This document shows positions 43,297 to 58,501 of a stretch of 64,000 nt of DNA, piece by piece; within the stretch, counting starts at the first letter, position 1, and every line of letters begins with the position of its first letter. Below the pieces are notes generated by a model. It was not told the DNA's origin. It ran no database searches and saw only the letters and a program-made list of their open reading frames with translations. A program made the translations under genes and the position numbers. The DNA lies in contig OZ024742.1 in assembly GCA_964016885.1 (NCBI GenBank), positions 205,716,001 through 205,780,000 of the forward strand, given 5' to 3'. This DNA comes from Eledone cirrhosa. Lineage: Eukaryota.

Positions 43297-44988
43297 TTGG
43301 AGTCTCAGTCATTGATGTTATTCAAATGAATAACAGGTCACAACCTGCAGCCTTAGATATTCAGGACGTATCGGAGGGTTCTTGCTGTTCTCAGCAAGCA
43401 TGCCTTTTTAAGTGTTCCAAAAAACGGGGCTGGACTAATCTTCTTTAACCATCCTTGAAAATTCTTTGAAATACTACCTAGTGCTCCTATGACAATCAGG
43501 ACGACCTTGATCTCATGACAGTCCCAAATCTTTTTTTAATTCCCACTTTAAATCCCGTTATCGGTTAATTTTCTCCTTCTCCTTTTGTTGCACTCTTGTG
43601 TCAAAGGGGCAGGCTACATCTACAATCAGGCACAAACTTTTTCCCTTGTCAAAAATCACCAGGTCAGGCGTATTGTGTTCTAATTTTTGGTTTGTCTGTA
43701 TCCTGAAATCCCATTGCACCTTCACTCGGTTGTTTTCTATCACCAACTCTGGCTTATGCTCATACCACTTCTCAGAATGTGGTAAATTATTAAGTTTGCA
43801 TAAATGCCAGTGAATCACCTGTTTTCTTTAAAAAAAAGGTACTATGAAAGGATTTTTCATGAAGGTTGCTCTTCCCCTTTGTTGTTACTACCTCCTTGGA
43901 CATCCCTTGGTCTATTATCTTCTCATTCAGTACAACTTTGAACATCAGCTCCTTACTTTCAGACACATATTTGTGCAGACTACTCTTCTCCATCTGAACA
44001 CAGTCCTCTACACTGATAAGACCTCTTCCACCTTCAGATCTCTTTAAGTAGAGTCTATCAACATTACTCCTCTTGTGGAACATGCTGTAGGTAGTCATTA
44101 GCTTTAGTACCTCTTATTACATTCCTACTATTTAGATGTGATTTTAGTATGTTCCTTACTCTCCTTATGTATTCAGATCTTATCAATTCCTTTATTTTAT
44201 TGTTCTTGATGTCATCTGCTGCCAAAATACCCAGATATTTGTATCCCTCTTCAGTGTCTATTTCCTTTGTCATCTCACCTGTTGGTACCTAGATTCTGTT
44301 GCATCTGATCAATTTACCCTTCTTCATCACTAGGACTCTACACTTATTAACACCAAATTCCATACATATATCATTGTTGAAAATACGAACAGTGTTAACA
44401 AGTACATCCAATTCTTTCTCACTTTTCCCAAAGAGTTTTAAATCGTCCATGAAGAGGAGGTGGTTGATGGTAAGCTCTCCTCTTCCCAGCTTGTATCCTG
44501 CTTTCACTTTTTGCAATATGAGGGACAAGGGCATGAGGGTAAGGACAAACAACAAAGGGGACAAACTATCTCATTTGAAAATACCTCTCATGATCTCCAT
44601 GCCTCCCAAGGATTCTCCACCTGATGTTAGCTCTGTTTCCCAGGACCTCATACTTTTACTTAATAGCTGTCTGATGTTGTCTGCCACCTTGGTTATCCAA
44701 GAATGAAGAACCATGTCAAATGCCTTCTTATAATCTATCCATCCCATGGCAATTCCTTATTACCATCTTATCAATAAGTAACTGGTCTTTTGTACCACTA
44801 GACTTCTTTCAGCATCCTTTCTGTTCATCCGGTAATAAGTTGTTTATATGGAGATGATAGTAGATTTCCTCAGACACAATGCTTGTCCACATTACGGACA
44901 GGCCTATAGTTGGTAACCTCATTACCATTGATTCATTCTTTCATTACCAGAACTTTGGTACCTTTTGTCAACCACTCCGGTACTTCAC

Positions 44989-44990
<2 letters not shown>
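43297..44990 (-). mobile_element. Dong/R4-clade non-LTR retrotransposon (RT plus restriction-like endonuclease), truncated and decayed, copy 1
   Basis: RT: LSPLLFVLTLMPLS..INHLLFMDDLKLF..MEFGVNKC; YKYLGIL; DRLYLKRSEGGRGLISVED. RLE: HWHLCK..WYEHKP..WDFRIQT..PDLVIFDK..IVDVACPFD. (TAA)n tracts lie at both ends. Confidence 0.9.
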
Positions 44991-45033
<43 letters not shown>

Positions 45034-45035
45034 CA

Positions 45036-48000
45036 TTTTTTTCATTTATCTTGCTTTATGTTCATCACCAAGTCACAACCAGTGACCTCAAGAGACAACA
45101 AGGTCCACCATGTTCAAGAAAGAGCACATATACACATATGTATCTTTAGGTGTTTAGACTTGTGATGTATTTATATTGACAGAATCTTCCTTAGTATATG
45201 GGCAATTCCCATTAGTACTATCTTTTGTATTTCTTCTATATGCGGGTTTCCTGGGATCTGGGATAAGTAATCATTAAACCCCTTAGGTATCATTCCTAGA
45301 GCACCTACAATCACTGGTATTGTTTTAGTTCTCAATTTCCACATTTTTCCAATCTCTATCTCCAGGTCCTTATACTTGCTCAATTTTTCAAATGTTTTTA
45401 TAGATACATTCTTGTCTATAGGAAAGGACATATCAATTAGCAGGCATACCCTCTTTTTAAAGTCCTTCAGTATTATATCAGGTCTATTTGCATCTATTTT
45501 TTGGTCTGTTTGGATGCTAAAGTTCCACAAGATTGAGATGTGATCTTCTTCAAGTACGGGAGGTGGTTGATGCTCCCACAAATTCTTTTGATGGAGCAGG
45601 TCAAAATGCTTACACAATGTATGTATTGTGCAGCTCTGTTGTACCTGTTTAGGTATTCGGTTTAAGCTATGAGGCTGCACATTGAAATTATATGATCAAT
45701 CGCCTCTGGTTGTTTTTTACATAGATGGCATAATGGGTTGCATCTATTTTTTATGATGTTGGCTTGATAATTTTTTGTTGGCAGACACTGATCTTGTGCT
45801 GATATAATCAGTCCTTCAGTCTCCGAGGATGCCAACCACTGATTGATTAAAATTTTTTCAACATCAGGATTGTTAGCTCTTTCTGGGTATTTTCCATACA
45901 GAGGCTTTTCTTGCCATTTCTTAGCCAGTTTCTGTAGCAGTTCTTTCTTTGCAGTTACTTTTCTGTATTTTTCATTTCAAGTGAAGGGAACTTCTGAAAT
46001 TTGTAGATCATTACTGTATCTATGTGCATCTTTTGTAATGGAGTATGATCTTTTTATGCCCTCATGTTTCAAATCGAGTTTGATCATCCAATCATGTGCT
46101 TCCCTTAGATATGTAGATAATCCAATTGTTGCAGTTTTCAAAGAAATATCTAACTGGATTAATCCACGTCCTTCTTTCCTAGGGAGTATATTCTATCTGT
46201 ATCTGCTTTAGGGTGATGCATTCTGTGCATGGTTAAGAATTTTCTAATTTTCGTATCAAGCCTACAGATCTCTGTGCTTAACCAGTTGATGACATTGAAA
46301 CTGTAAGTTACTACTGGTTTGGCAAGTGTGTTTATGGCATCAATCCTATTCAACTCCGTTCTTAAGATTGCTCTTACTCTGCAGTAACATTCCTTCCTTA
46401 TCCTTTCCCTCATTGTTGAGTGCTTGATTCTGTCTCCTTCACAAACACCTTGATCAAGTTCTCTTATCACATTCCCCCAATCAAGATTAATGTCTGAACT
46501 TCTCAGCAGCTTTCCTCTAGTGAACGTAGCTTTGGCGCATTTATCTAGCCCAAACTCCATTTTAATATCAACACTGAACTGCTTCACAGTGGATAATAGC
46601 CCTTGCAATTGCTCATCATTTTTTGTGAATAGTTTCAGGTCATCCATACAGATCAAATGATTAAAGGTTTTGTCATAGACTTTATATCTATGTTTTGTTT
46701 CATTGAGCATTTTACTTAATGGTATAAGTGCTATGCAGAATAAAAGCGATGATAAAGAGTTACCCTGAAAAATTCCACATTAATATTAACTTCTCCAGCT
46801 TCCAGTGATTTTTTTCACTGTTGTTTTCCATGTTTTCTTACTGAATGACAGGTACCTCCTGACAATGGAAGATATTTTAAAAATCTCTAAACACTTTTCA
46901 GTCCAACTGTGTGGCAAATTATCGAATGCTTTTTTGTAATCTATCCAAGCAATTGATATAGATTTTTGTGTCTATTATGACAATCTTCCTGTATCATTTT
47001 GTTAATCAAAAACTGATCCTTACAGCCATATGAGCCTCGTTTACATCCTTTCTGCTCATTGGGAAATAGATCATTTGTTATCAGGTGATCATATGTATAT
47101 TCAGTAAGGATTGATGTTAAGATTGTGGTCAAGCAAGTTATCGGTCTGTAATTTTTGGGGTTATTTGTCTCATCATTCTTCAGAAGTAAGAATGTGATGC
47201 CGTTAACTAGCCATGATGGTATCTTTTCTGGCTCCTTACCATTTCATTGTTAAGTTGGGCTAACAGCTCATGAGACTCTGTGAGGGATTTATCCAAAAAT
47301 TTGGTATTTTGTCTTTCCCTGGGGATTTCCATTTGCTAGATATTCTAAGAGCTAAATGCAGATGTTCAAATGTTATATTTTCCCATGTGTGTTCAAGGTG
47401 AACTGTATCTTTCATTTGTCTGTCTATCCATGGAGCATATATATTATGAACCTTTTCTTCAACCCAGATCTTTTTTCCAGAATTCTTACACTTCCTCCTT
47501 GGTTGGTATTGATTTAGCAGTTATTGTTGACTTGCCAATTTTTCTGTAGAAGTTTTTTTGGTTGTTTTTGAACATGTCCTAGAGCATTTTTCGAAGTGCC
47601 TTATATGAGCAGCTTTGGCCGACACTTTTTGCTTGATTGTTTCTATCACCATGTCTATGTCACTTGTTGATTTTATATTGTATTTTCTTTTCAATTTTCT
47701 AAGTTTAGTTTGTTTAACATGTTCACCTACTATGTAGTTGGCTAAAATATCTATGTCAGATTGAAGGTTTATTTGGTGATTGATGTTCTCTTGCCAAGAA
47801 GGTATTTTGTGGGCATTACTTTGTTTTTTCATTTTCACTCCACATAAGTGAGTTGTGGCTTTAACCGATGCATAGTAGAGATGGTTTAGATCAGTAATGT
47901 TTAGTTTATTTGTGGTGATAATGTCTTTGAGAGCTATGCGAGTCTTGCATATTATTCTCTGGTTTTGTTTGGAGTTCTGGATCTTAGGGAGGGTATCTCG

Positions 48001-48058
48001 TTCCTCCACGTCAGATTTTTTCATTTTCATCCATTCGATCATAATTTCATTCTGCAAG
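45036..48058 (-). mobile_element. Dong/R4-clade non-LTR retrotransposon, decayed, copy 2 (different subfamily)
   Basis: EQKGCKRGSYGCKDQFLIN; NHLICMDDLKLF..MEFGLDKCAK; RMHHPKAD. RLE: WNFSIQTDQKIDANRPDIIL..LIDMSFP..EKLSKYKDL..IPVIVGALG, stop at 45171. The 3' end abuts (TAA)n at 44990-45035. Confidence 0.92.
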
Positions 48059-48072
48059 TTATTATTATTATT

Positions 48073-51000
48073 GGAAGGAAGATGGCCAAAATGTTATCTC
48101 TGTGGGTCAAAGGGTCACCTCAGAGTCTTTTGCCCGCAGAAGACAGCGAAGAAAAAGGCCCCTCTCCTTCCAATACCTGGTCCGCTGCCACCAAGAAACA
48201 AACGCAGAAGCCCCTTCCACGGTGAGTAGGAGGGCAACGTCCGTGGCACCCGTACCAAGGCCACGGATAACTAAAGCAGCAGCATCAGTGGCGGCAACAC
48301 CAATAGCTACATTTGCAGTAGCTGTACCAGCAACAAAATGGCCGGAGAGGGCTCCACTACCACCACCAACAGCCGTGGAGCACATACCCCTCCCAGACGC
48401 CACAGAATCCGATATGGAGTCTGAGGCGGGAGTGAAGTGGCAAAACGGTCTGCCACAAAAAAGAAAAAAGAAAAAAACCCTTAGCTTCACCCTCCAAAAG
48501 CGAAGGCACACAAAGAGGGGTAAAGGCAGCAACACCATCACCACCACAAGCACCACCACCAACAGCAACCACACCACCACCAGCAACACCAAAAACACCA
48601 ACAACGCAAACAACAAAACACACACACCCAACAGCAACAAGAAGAAAACAGCAACAAAATCACCCCTCCTCCCCAAAAAGTACAGTGCCATAAACATGGC
48701 AAGTAAAGAACTTATACAATATATAAAGCAGCACACAGACATCACAGAAAAAAACTACTACACCCCACCAACACCAAGAACTCTCCCGACAAACATAAGC
48801 ATCATCGAAATCTCAATAGAACAGTACAAACCCTTAAAACAAAAATTCCCCAACGCAGCTGGAGACTTCAAAGGGTCGGTTACCAAGAGGATATACACTG
48901 ACATCCTCTTGGAAACACTCATGACCAGCCAAAGAGACGGTTCTACTGTCTCTTCACCACGCGATCAAGGTAAGTGACCCTTTCTCACTTGCCCCGTTTC
49001 TCATCCAATATGGCCGTACTTAGAATAGGCAGTATAAATGCACGTGGCCTGGGGTCATCTTGGAAGCAGGGTCCCCTGTCAACAACCTCAGGTCACTAAA
49101 CATAGATGTGGTGGCCATCAGCGAGACAAGAATCTCCGAAACACGAGCCTTCGCACCGATCTTCGGCGGCTACGATGTATACACATCTCCCAGCCGTCCA
49201 GGATCGGGGGGAGGGGTTGCCGTCCTTTTTCGGAGAGGCTTGGATCTCGCCATACAGGCCATCTTCCTAAACCCAGAGGGTAAGTAGGTGGTGCTGGACG
49301 TGACCAGCGGAGACGGGCAAGCTTTCAGGTCAGTAGCCGTCTACGCCCTAACTGAGGCAGGACGGCCAGATTTCTTCAGACATCTAGAAACCTTTCTTGG
49401 AACGTCCCGCTCTTTAGAGTTAGTGGGCGACTGGAACGGTATCTTGGATGCACGCTGGGATTGTGTGGGGCTAGTGGATAGGGGAGGAGGGTGCAATAGC
49501 CTCACCAACCTGCTCAGACATTTTGAACTGTCTGACAGGTATCGACTGGATCACCCGAATGTGCCAATGTGGACATGGACAAACCGCATCGGGTCATCCA
49601 GATCGTATCTCGATAGGGTATTCTGCAGAGAACTAGATAAGGCTAGTATAAGTTGTCCACAATATAAAATAGTCGACTACACAGACCACAAATTTGTGAT
49701 CTGTGAGATCAACATAGACAGACTTCATAGACAAGGACTCGGTTACTGGAAGCTGAACGCGTCTTTCCCGGCGCGAAAAGTCTACAGAGACTGGATTAGT
49801 ATATTAGTTAAGCGGTCGTCAACAACAGGTGGTGGTTCGTTCTGAAAAGGGCAATTAAAGTAGAGTTGATTAGGTTTAGCAAAGGACTAGTGATAGAAGA
49901 AAATAGAGTAGAGGGAGAGCTAGTCAGAAAGCTAGAAGAGGCATTTAGGACAGGCATCGCAACCAACATGCTTGCCGCGAGATTGGCACTTGACTAATTC
50001 TTCAACGCAAAACACGAAGGCTGCGTTGTCAGAGCTAGAGCGCGTGCTCTGAAACACGAGGGGGACAAGAGCCGTCCAATGGGCCGGGGTGGCAGAGGCG
50101 CGACGTGGCAACAAAGCCACAATTCGGTCTTTGTCTGACCAAAACGGGCGGTGTTGCTCGAACCCGAGCAGATGTGTGAAGCTTTTCAGCAGCACTTTGC
50201 TGAACAGCAGTGGGCCGGATCAGGGTATGGACTTCAGTGCATACCTCGACTCTCGACGACCGCAGCACAGTGTTGCAAAAAGCCAATAACAGCCGGTGAA
50301 ATACGGGAAGCGATGGCTAACAGCACGAGGAGTAAATCGCCAGGTTTGGATGGAGCTTTATGCATTTATGCCAGACTTGTTCGGTGACCTCTTGGCAGAC
50401 GTCTACTGCAACTGGCAGCAGAACGGGAGCATTTCCAGTTTTGTGAGCCAGGGAGTGGTGGCGCTGCTGAGAAAAAACCCGAACAAGGAGTATGTTATCG
50501 ATAATTTCAGGCCCATAACCCTGCTAAATGCAGAGTTCAAGATTTGGCCAAGGTATGAGCAACGAGGTTGGCGCTTGTCGTCGAGGGTCTGGTAGGAGAG
50601 GCGCAGACATGCGCCATTCCGGACAGATCCATACACGACAACCTCCACCTCATGCGATACATCGTAAAGAGGGTGGTTAAAGAACCTGGCACGGGTGGAT
50701 CAATCCAAAGCATTTGATAGGGTTGACCATTGGTACCTGGCAGCGGTCCTTGAGGCAGTCAATTTCGGGCCCGTTTTCAGGGGTTGGATTGCTGCGATGT
50801 ACAGCGACATCTGCTCAGTTGTGAGGGTGAATGGTCACCTGTCGCAGCCATTCAGCATCATGTGCTCGGTCCGCCAGGGTGTGTCCCTTCTCGTCCCACT
50901 TGTACGTATTGGCTCTCGAGCCGTTACTGCACAAACTGGGGGCGATGAGGGGCGTCCCACGCGAACTAGGATGCGGGAAATTCGAGTCGCTTTACGTTGA

Positions 51001-52663
51001 CAACGTCACCGTGGTGGTGTCAAGCACCAGACATGTCCAGATATTCAGCACTGCTCTCAAGGAATACGAAACGGTAACAAAGATAAACCAGGAAAAGTCG
51101 GTGGGCTAACAGCTCGGCACCTGGAGAGGCAAGTCCATGCCATCCGACAGCATCATGGGGCGTTGGATGGACGGACTGGTTAAATTGCTTAGGGGTCTGG
51201 TTCGGACTGGACCTCCAGATGGAGAAAAACTGAGGCGAGGTGACGAGCAGGGTGGGCTCCCTCACCCAGAAATGGGCCGAGAGGAAGCTGTCCCTGAAAG
51301 GCCGGGCAGAGGTGGCAAATGCGTACATCGCATCCATCATCTGCTACCACCTCACTGTCGTCCCTTGCCCCGGCCTAACTCTCACCAAAATGGAGCGCCT
51401 CCTCTTCCGTTTTTTGGAAGGGACGCGCTCCCATGGTCACACGATCCATCTGCTGTCAACACCCGTTGCGTGGAGGACGGCATGCCATGGCTGATGATGC
51501 GCAGACATGCGTTGAGGCTGCGACATCTCTGGTGCTTCCTTGACGGTGAACAGGTGTGGTCGCTGTTCACCAGGCACGTTTTCCCACAGCTCGTCTCCTT
51601 GACGGTGCTGCAGTCCTGGGTCAGGAAAAGACCGAGAGATAGCGCTTGGAAACTGGAATGTCTCCAGGTGCTCACAGCCCTCTACCAGCTAGGCACCAGT
51701 ATCGGTGGAACATCCACCTCGGCGTTCTATAGAGGACTAGTGGAGGGGAAGAGCGACGACGTTCTCGGAGAGATCCTGGGCGTCGAAGAAGATCAGCTGT
51801 TTGCTCTCTTCCAGAGAACTTTCAGCCCAGAGCCTATGGATAACTTCCAAAAATACCTGGCCTGGCAGTGCTACCGGGGAGCGTTGCCGGTTCGAGATAA
51901 GCTCTACAGGCATGGAAGTGCCGTCAGCCGAGCCTGCCCGAGATGTGCACAGAGCGACGAAACCGTTGTGCATGTATTCGTTCAGTGCCCGAACATTGCT
52001 GACTTGTGGAGCTATGTCGAACAGTTGCTGTCGCGTGTAGGACTGATCCGGTTATTGACTGAGTCCATTGTGCAGCTGGTCTCGCCGTCTTCCTTCGAGG
52101 AGGAAGGGCAGGCGCTTTTCATCTGCCTGGTGGCCATGGCGAAAGAGATTGTGTGGTGGACAAGGTTGAAAGAGTTAAAGACAGACACTTTCCTCTTCGA
52201 CGAATCTCTAATTAACTTTTTCAAGTTTTACTTGAAGAGGAAAATCAGGGTGGAGAGGCAAGTGCTGCCTTCTAGCAAGTTTGTTGAAAGGTGGGTGAAT
52301 GTAGCGAGAATGGTCCAAGTGAACGGCACCGCTCTGAATAGAGGCCTGTAGTTTGAGAAATGGAAAAATTGAGAGAGGGCGCTTGCCCTCGTGGTCAGGG
52401 TGGTCGTGGTCTTTTGTGTGGTTTTCGCCACGAGTAACCCTCGAAGGTTTCCCCCCTATTGGGGAATTTTTCATTGTTTCAATTTTCATTTTTATTGTTT
52501 ATATATATATATCTGTTTCTATGTCTTTTTCTTTTTCGTTTCTTATATAAATAATAAAAATCTTTACACGCACAAAACCCACATCGTACCATCCTGTGCC
52601 GTCTGTAATGTTTTTCTTGATGTCAGCCCTTGTGGCCAATAAAGAAATCATTATTATTATTAT
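48073..52663 (+). mobile_element. Tx1/L1-clade LINE copy 1 (5'-truncated in ORF1; ORF2 49010-52351 disrupted)
   Basis: ORF1 CCHC knuckle CYLCGSKGHLRVFC. ORF2 APE (LRIGSINARGL, VAISETR, GDWN, SYLDRVF, TDH), GYWKLN, RT (FRPITLLN, DQSKAFDRVDH, SVRQG) and C-terminal CPRC..ETVVHVFVQC. Ends with AATAAA plus (ATT)n. Confidence 0.93.
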
Positions 52664-55600
52664 AATTGGCGACCTACGTAGTAAATCGTATTATCGTGAG
52701 CTCCGCAAAGGTTTGTTATTTTCAGTTGTTTAAAATTGCCATTTATGGAAAATTTTTATTGTTAACTGTATATAAGTGCACATACATTGTTTTCTGAAAA
52801 GGACACTCAAAAAGATTGGGGCTTTGAGCCCAAAATTTAAACTTTAATTATCAAACAAAAAAAAAAATTTCTTTGAAAAATCACAGGCGACTTACAGCTG
52901 AATCCAGTAGCTGAGAGCCCTCCTCACAAACTAACACCTCACACCGACACCACCATTGTAAATATTATTACGTTTGCCAACACTAAAATTATAAGCAGTA
53001 GCAATATTTTAAATTTGTCTCAGGCAGACATTCATTTCCCGCCATTACCAATGACTGCAGGTGTTAAAGCCGCCACCCCCACCACCACCACCACAGCGAC
53101 AACAGAAACAAAAGAAAAAAATAAATTATCTTGTGATATCGAAACGAATTCAGCCAAAATGAACTTTTCCACACCGAACACCACTGACGCCACCACCACC
53201 ACAACTGAAACTAAAATTAACAATAACAAAAATAATGATAACAACAACAGCAACAATGAGAATAAGAAAACCCTGTCTTTTGCCAGAGTAGCGAAAAAGT
53301 GCGAAACATTCCAGGTAACTCAGGAGGAATTAGAAGAAGCCAAAAAAATGGTAAAGAAAGATGGGTACAGGGTCAGCCTCACCCCCCACCTAATAAAATG
53401 GAGCATCGGCGCCTATGCACCGTGTCTTATTGGACGATTAACGTAAAATCGCGCCGAGTGGAACAGGCATCCGAGTCCCAAATCCAAAAAGCTTTGGGAC
53501 GTGTGGGCAAAAAAAAACCACATCAGACGTGGGCAGAAATATGGAACCGTGGACGTGTTCTTTGAAACACCACAGGAGGCCAGAGAACACTCCATGGCCC
53601 CATTAAGAAGTGACGACTTCACACTCGTCCCAAGCTATTGTGGCCAGAGACTCGTGAAGATCAAGGTGACCCACGTTCCACCGGCCATCGAAATTCCCTG
53701 GCTAATGACTGCCGTCCTCGCCGGCATCGAAGCCAACACCAATATAATTGAAATAGCGAAAGAATAGCAGTAGAACTGGTTCGGATCTGGGATGGAGCTC
53801 CTGATCCAAGCGAACCAAAAAAGCATTGAGGAGATCCCAGAGGTAATAGACCTCACTGACGGCAGCCACCTCACTGTAATCGTCGAGGGCAGAAGGCCTA
53901 GGTGTGTCGTTTGTGGTGAAGGAACCCACCTAAGGGCTTTCTGCCCTCAGGCTAAAAGGTTGAAGCCACCTCTCTTACCCACCCAGTGACTCAACCATCA
54001 ACACCACCAGCAGCAGAAATGGCAGCAACAACTGTAGCAGCAACAACAGTAGCAACTGTAACAGCAACAACCCCAGCAACACCAGCAAAACCAACACCAC
54101 CACCACCCAACGCGCCAGAACTAGCACCAGCGCCTACACCATCCACCACGCCTCAACCAAAACCAACGCCTGTGGAGGATTTTCCACTCCACGACCTATC
54201 GCAACTGGAGACAGATTGTGACGACGAGGAGTGGGAAACGGTATCAGAAAAAAAGAAAAAGAAACCAAAAAAGAAAAAATCCCCTTCCTTTCCCCTCCAA
54301 AAACAAAATACAGAGGGAAACAAATAAACTATCAAACAAATAAGTTAGGACAGCTATGCCACCATCCACACCAGCATCACCAACCCCATCACCACAAACA
54401 CCAACACCATCACCATCATTAACCCCAACACCACCATCACCAACACCACAAAATTCACCAAAAAGCGAAACAGAAACAAACCCACAACAAACGCAAACAA
54501 AACAAAACAACCAAAATGATACACACTACACAGCAATAAATTTGAACAACAACCAATTATTACACTACATCCGACACAACACCAGCATCACAGAAAAAGA
54601 CTACACAACAACCCAAAAGTTCACACCACATCCACACATACAAATCACTCGCATCACACAGAAAACGTACACGACACTAAAACAAAAATTCCCCAAAGAC
54701 ATCGGAGACTTCCGACAAGCACTCTCCAGGAGGATTTATAAGGACATCCTTCCAGAGGAGGCCAGAAGCAGTGAAAAGGATGGAGAAACCATCCTTCCTC
54801 TACGAGAAGTAAGGTAATAGGTCTTTCCCATCTTTTCCACTCCGTTTCAACATGACCTCACTCAGAATAGGCAGCATAAATGCGCGTGGCTTGGGGTCGT
54901 CATGGAAGCAGGGCCACCTGCTCAACGACCTCAGGTCACTGAACATAGATGTAGTGGCCATCAGCGAGACCAGAATCTCCGAAGTACGGGCCTTCGCACC
55001 AATCTTCGGCGGCTACGATGTTTACGCATCTCCGGGGGAGGAGTTGCTGTGCTTTTTCGGATAGATTTGGATCTCGCCATATGGGCCATCTTCCTGGACC
55101 CAGAGGGTAAGTTGGTCGTGCTGGACGTGACCAGCGGAGACGGGCAAGCTTTCAGGCTAGTGGCCGTCTATGCCCCGACAGGAGCAGGGCGGCCTATTTT
55201 CTTCCGGTGTCTGGAGACCTTTCTTGGAACATCCCGCTCTTTAGTGTTAGTGGGCAACTGGAATGGGATCTTAGATGCATGCTGGGACTGTGTGGGATTA
55301 GTGGATAGGGGAGGAGGCTGCAAGAGCCTTACCAACCTGCTCAGGCGTTTTGAACTGTCTCACAGGTACCGATTGGATTTCCCGAATGTGCCAATGTGGA
55401 TTTGGACAAATCGCATAGGGTCATGCAGATCATATCTAGATAGAGTATTTTGTAGGGAAATAGATAGGTCTAGCATAGGCTGTCCACAATTCAAGATAGT
55501 CAGCTACACGGACCACAAATTCGTGATCTGTGTGCTTGACTTAGATAGGCTTCATAGACGAGGACCCGGCTACTGGAAGCTAAACGCGTCCTTACCAGCG

Positions 55601-58456
55601 CGCAAGGCCTACAGAGACCGGATTAGCGAACTAGTTAAGCTGGCGTTGACGGGGGCCATCGTCAACAACAAGTGGTGGTTTACTCTGAAAAGAGCAATTA
55701 GAATAGAGTCCATTAGGTTTAGTAAGGCTTTAGCAATAGAGAAAAATAGAGCAGAGGGAGAATTAGTTAGAAAATTAGACGAGGCGCTTAGCAAAGGCAT
55801 TGCGACCGACGTGCTTGCGGCGAAATTGGCCCTTGACCAATTCTTCAATGCAAAGCACGAAGGCTGCGTTGTCAGAGCTAGGGTGCGTGCTCTCAGACAC
55901 GAGGGGATGAAAGCCGTTCAATGGGCCCGAGCGGCACAGGCGCATCATGGCAACAAAGCCACGATCTGGTCTTTGGTGGACCACGACGGGCGCATGCTAC
56001 TCGATCCTGGGCAAATGTCTGAAGCTTTTCAGCGACACTTTGCACAGCTGTACGGGGGCAGCGGCGGGCCGGATCGAGGGATGGACATTAGTGTCTACCT
56101 CGACGGACTGCCGCGGCTCTTGGCCACTGAGGCGGAGTGTTGCGAAAAGCCAATAACAGCAGCTGAAGTACGGGAGGCAATGACTGGCTGCACAAGGGGT
56201 AAATCACCTGCTTTGGATGGTCTGCCCTATGAACTTTACATACAGATGCCAGACTTGTTCGGAGGCCTCTTGGTGGTCGTCTACTGCAACTGGAAACAGA
56301 ACGGGAGAATTCCCAGCTCTGTGAGCCGAGGAGCTGTGGCATGCTGAGAAAGGATCCGAACTAGGGGGATAACATAGATAATTTTAGGCCCATATCTCTG
56401 CTAATCACAGAGTTCAAGATTTTGGCCAAGGTGCTAGCAAAGAGGTCGCGCTTGTCGTTGGTGGTCTGGTGGGAGAGGCGCAGACATGCGCAATTTCCGA
56501 CAGATCCATCCACGACAACCTCCACCTCATGCGATACATCGTGGAGAGGGTAGCTAGGGAACCTGGCACGGGTGGGTCCTTGATCAATTTAGATCAGTCG
56601 AAAGCTTTCGATAGGGTCGACCATCGTTACCTAGCGGGAGTCCTGAGGGCGGCTGGCTTTAGGCCCGTCTTCAGAGGCTGGATCGTTGCCATGCACAGCG
56701 ACATCTGCTCTGTGGTGAGAATGAATGGTCATCTTTCGGAACTGTTCAACATCATGCGCTCGGTCCGCCAAGGATATCCCCTCTCGTCCCTCTTGTACGT
56801 ATTGACTCTCGAGTCATTACTGCACAAACTGGAGACGCTGAGGGGGTCCCGCGCGAACTAGGATGCCAAGATCCGTGTCAGCATATGCGGACGATGTCAC
56901 CGTAGTGGTGTCGAATGCCAAACACGTCGAGGCGATCGGCACTACACTAAGAGAATACGAAGCGGTGACAGGAGCAATGATCAACCAGAAAAAGTCAGTG
57001 GGCCTGCAGCTCGGCACCTGGAGAGGCAGGTCCATGCCGTCCAACAGCATCGTCGGGCGCTGGACGGATGGACCGGTTAAATTGCTAGGGGTCTGGTTTG
57101 GTCCGGACCTCCAGACGGACAAAAACTGGGACGAGGTGATGAGCAGGGTGGCTTCCCTCACCCAGAAATGGGCGGAGAGGAAGCTATCTCTGAAAGGTCG
57201 CGCAGAGGTGGCTAACGCGTACATCGCATCCGTCATCTACTACCGCCTGACTGTCGTACCTTGTCCTAAGCCCCGCCTGACTGCACTGGAGCATTTGTTC
57301 TTTCGCTTTTTGTGGTCAGGCGGTCCATCTGCTGTCAACACCCGCTATGCAGAGGGCTGGGCATGCCGTGGCTGATGATGCGCAGACATGCACTCAGGCT
57401 ACGATGATCAGGTGTGGTCGCCATTTGACATGTGTTTCTCCAGCTCGTCTCCTTGACGGAGCTTCAGTCCTGGTTCAAGCGAAGACCGAGAGGGAGCGCT
57501 TGGAGACTGGAATGTCTTCAGGCGCTCACAGCCCTCGACCAATCGGGCAATGTGATCGGTGGAAACTCCACCTTGGCATTCTATAGAGGTTTAGTGGAGG
57601 GGAAGAGCGACGACGTACTTGGGGAAATTCTAGGCCTCGACGAAAATCAACTAGCCAATCTCTTCGGAAGAACTTTCGGGCCGGGGCCTATGGACAACCT
57701 CCAGAAATCCCTGGCCTGGCAGTGCTACTGAGGAGCTTTGCCAGTTCGGGATAAACTCTACAGGCATGGAGGTGCCGTCAGCCGGGCATGTCCAAGATGC
57801 GCGCAGGGCGACAAAACCGTCCTGCACGCACTTGTCCAGTGTCCGAGCATTGCTGACTTGTGGGTTTATGTCAAACACCTGCTGTCGCGTGTAGGACGGA
57901 TCCAGCTATCAGCTGAGTCCATCGTGAGGATTGCACCGCCCTCTTCCTTTAGCCGGGAAGGGCAGGCAGTTTTTATCTGTCTGGTAGCCATGGCGAAAGA
58001 GATAGTATGGTGGACACGTTTGAAAGGGCTGAAGATGAGCACTTACCTCTTCGGTGATGCTCTGATTAACTTTTTCAATTTTCATTTGAAAAGGAAAATC
58101 AGGGTAGAGAGGGAAGTGCTCTCTTCCCAGCATTTTGTTGAAAGATGGGTGAGAGAGGCAAGAATGGCCCGAGTGAATGGGCCTACTCTGGGTATGTGTC
58201 TGTAAATTAAAGGTGGAAAACTGGGAGAGGGCACTTTCCCTGGTGGTCAGGGTCACTGTGGCTTTTTAATGGGCTTTCTCCACGAATGTCCCTCGGGAGT
58301 CTCCCCCCTATTGGGGAATTTTTTCATTGTTCTATTATTACATCCTCTGTTTTTTGTTTTTTTACATGCAGAAATGCCCTTTTGTACCATCCTGTATTGT
58401 CCTGTACTGTCCTTAATGTCTACTTTGTGTAAACCCTTGTGGTTAATAAAGAAAGC

Positions 58457-58488
<32 letters not shown>

Positions 58489-58501
58489 CATTATTATTAT
58501 T
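52664..58501 (+). mobile_element. Tx1/L1-clade LINE copy 2, apparently full length but disrupted (ORF1 ~53051-54817, ORF2 54852-58205)
   Basis: 5' UTR, then ORF1 with SFARVAK, an RRM-like region, CVVCGEGTHLRAFC and a Pro/Thr-rich linker. ORF2 has APE, RT (SAYADDVTV) and zf-RVT-like CPRC..HALVQC. Ends aataaagaaagc(att)n. Confidence 0.95.
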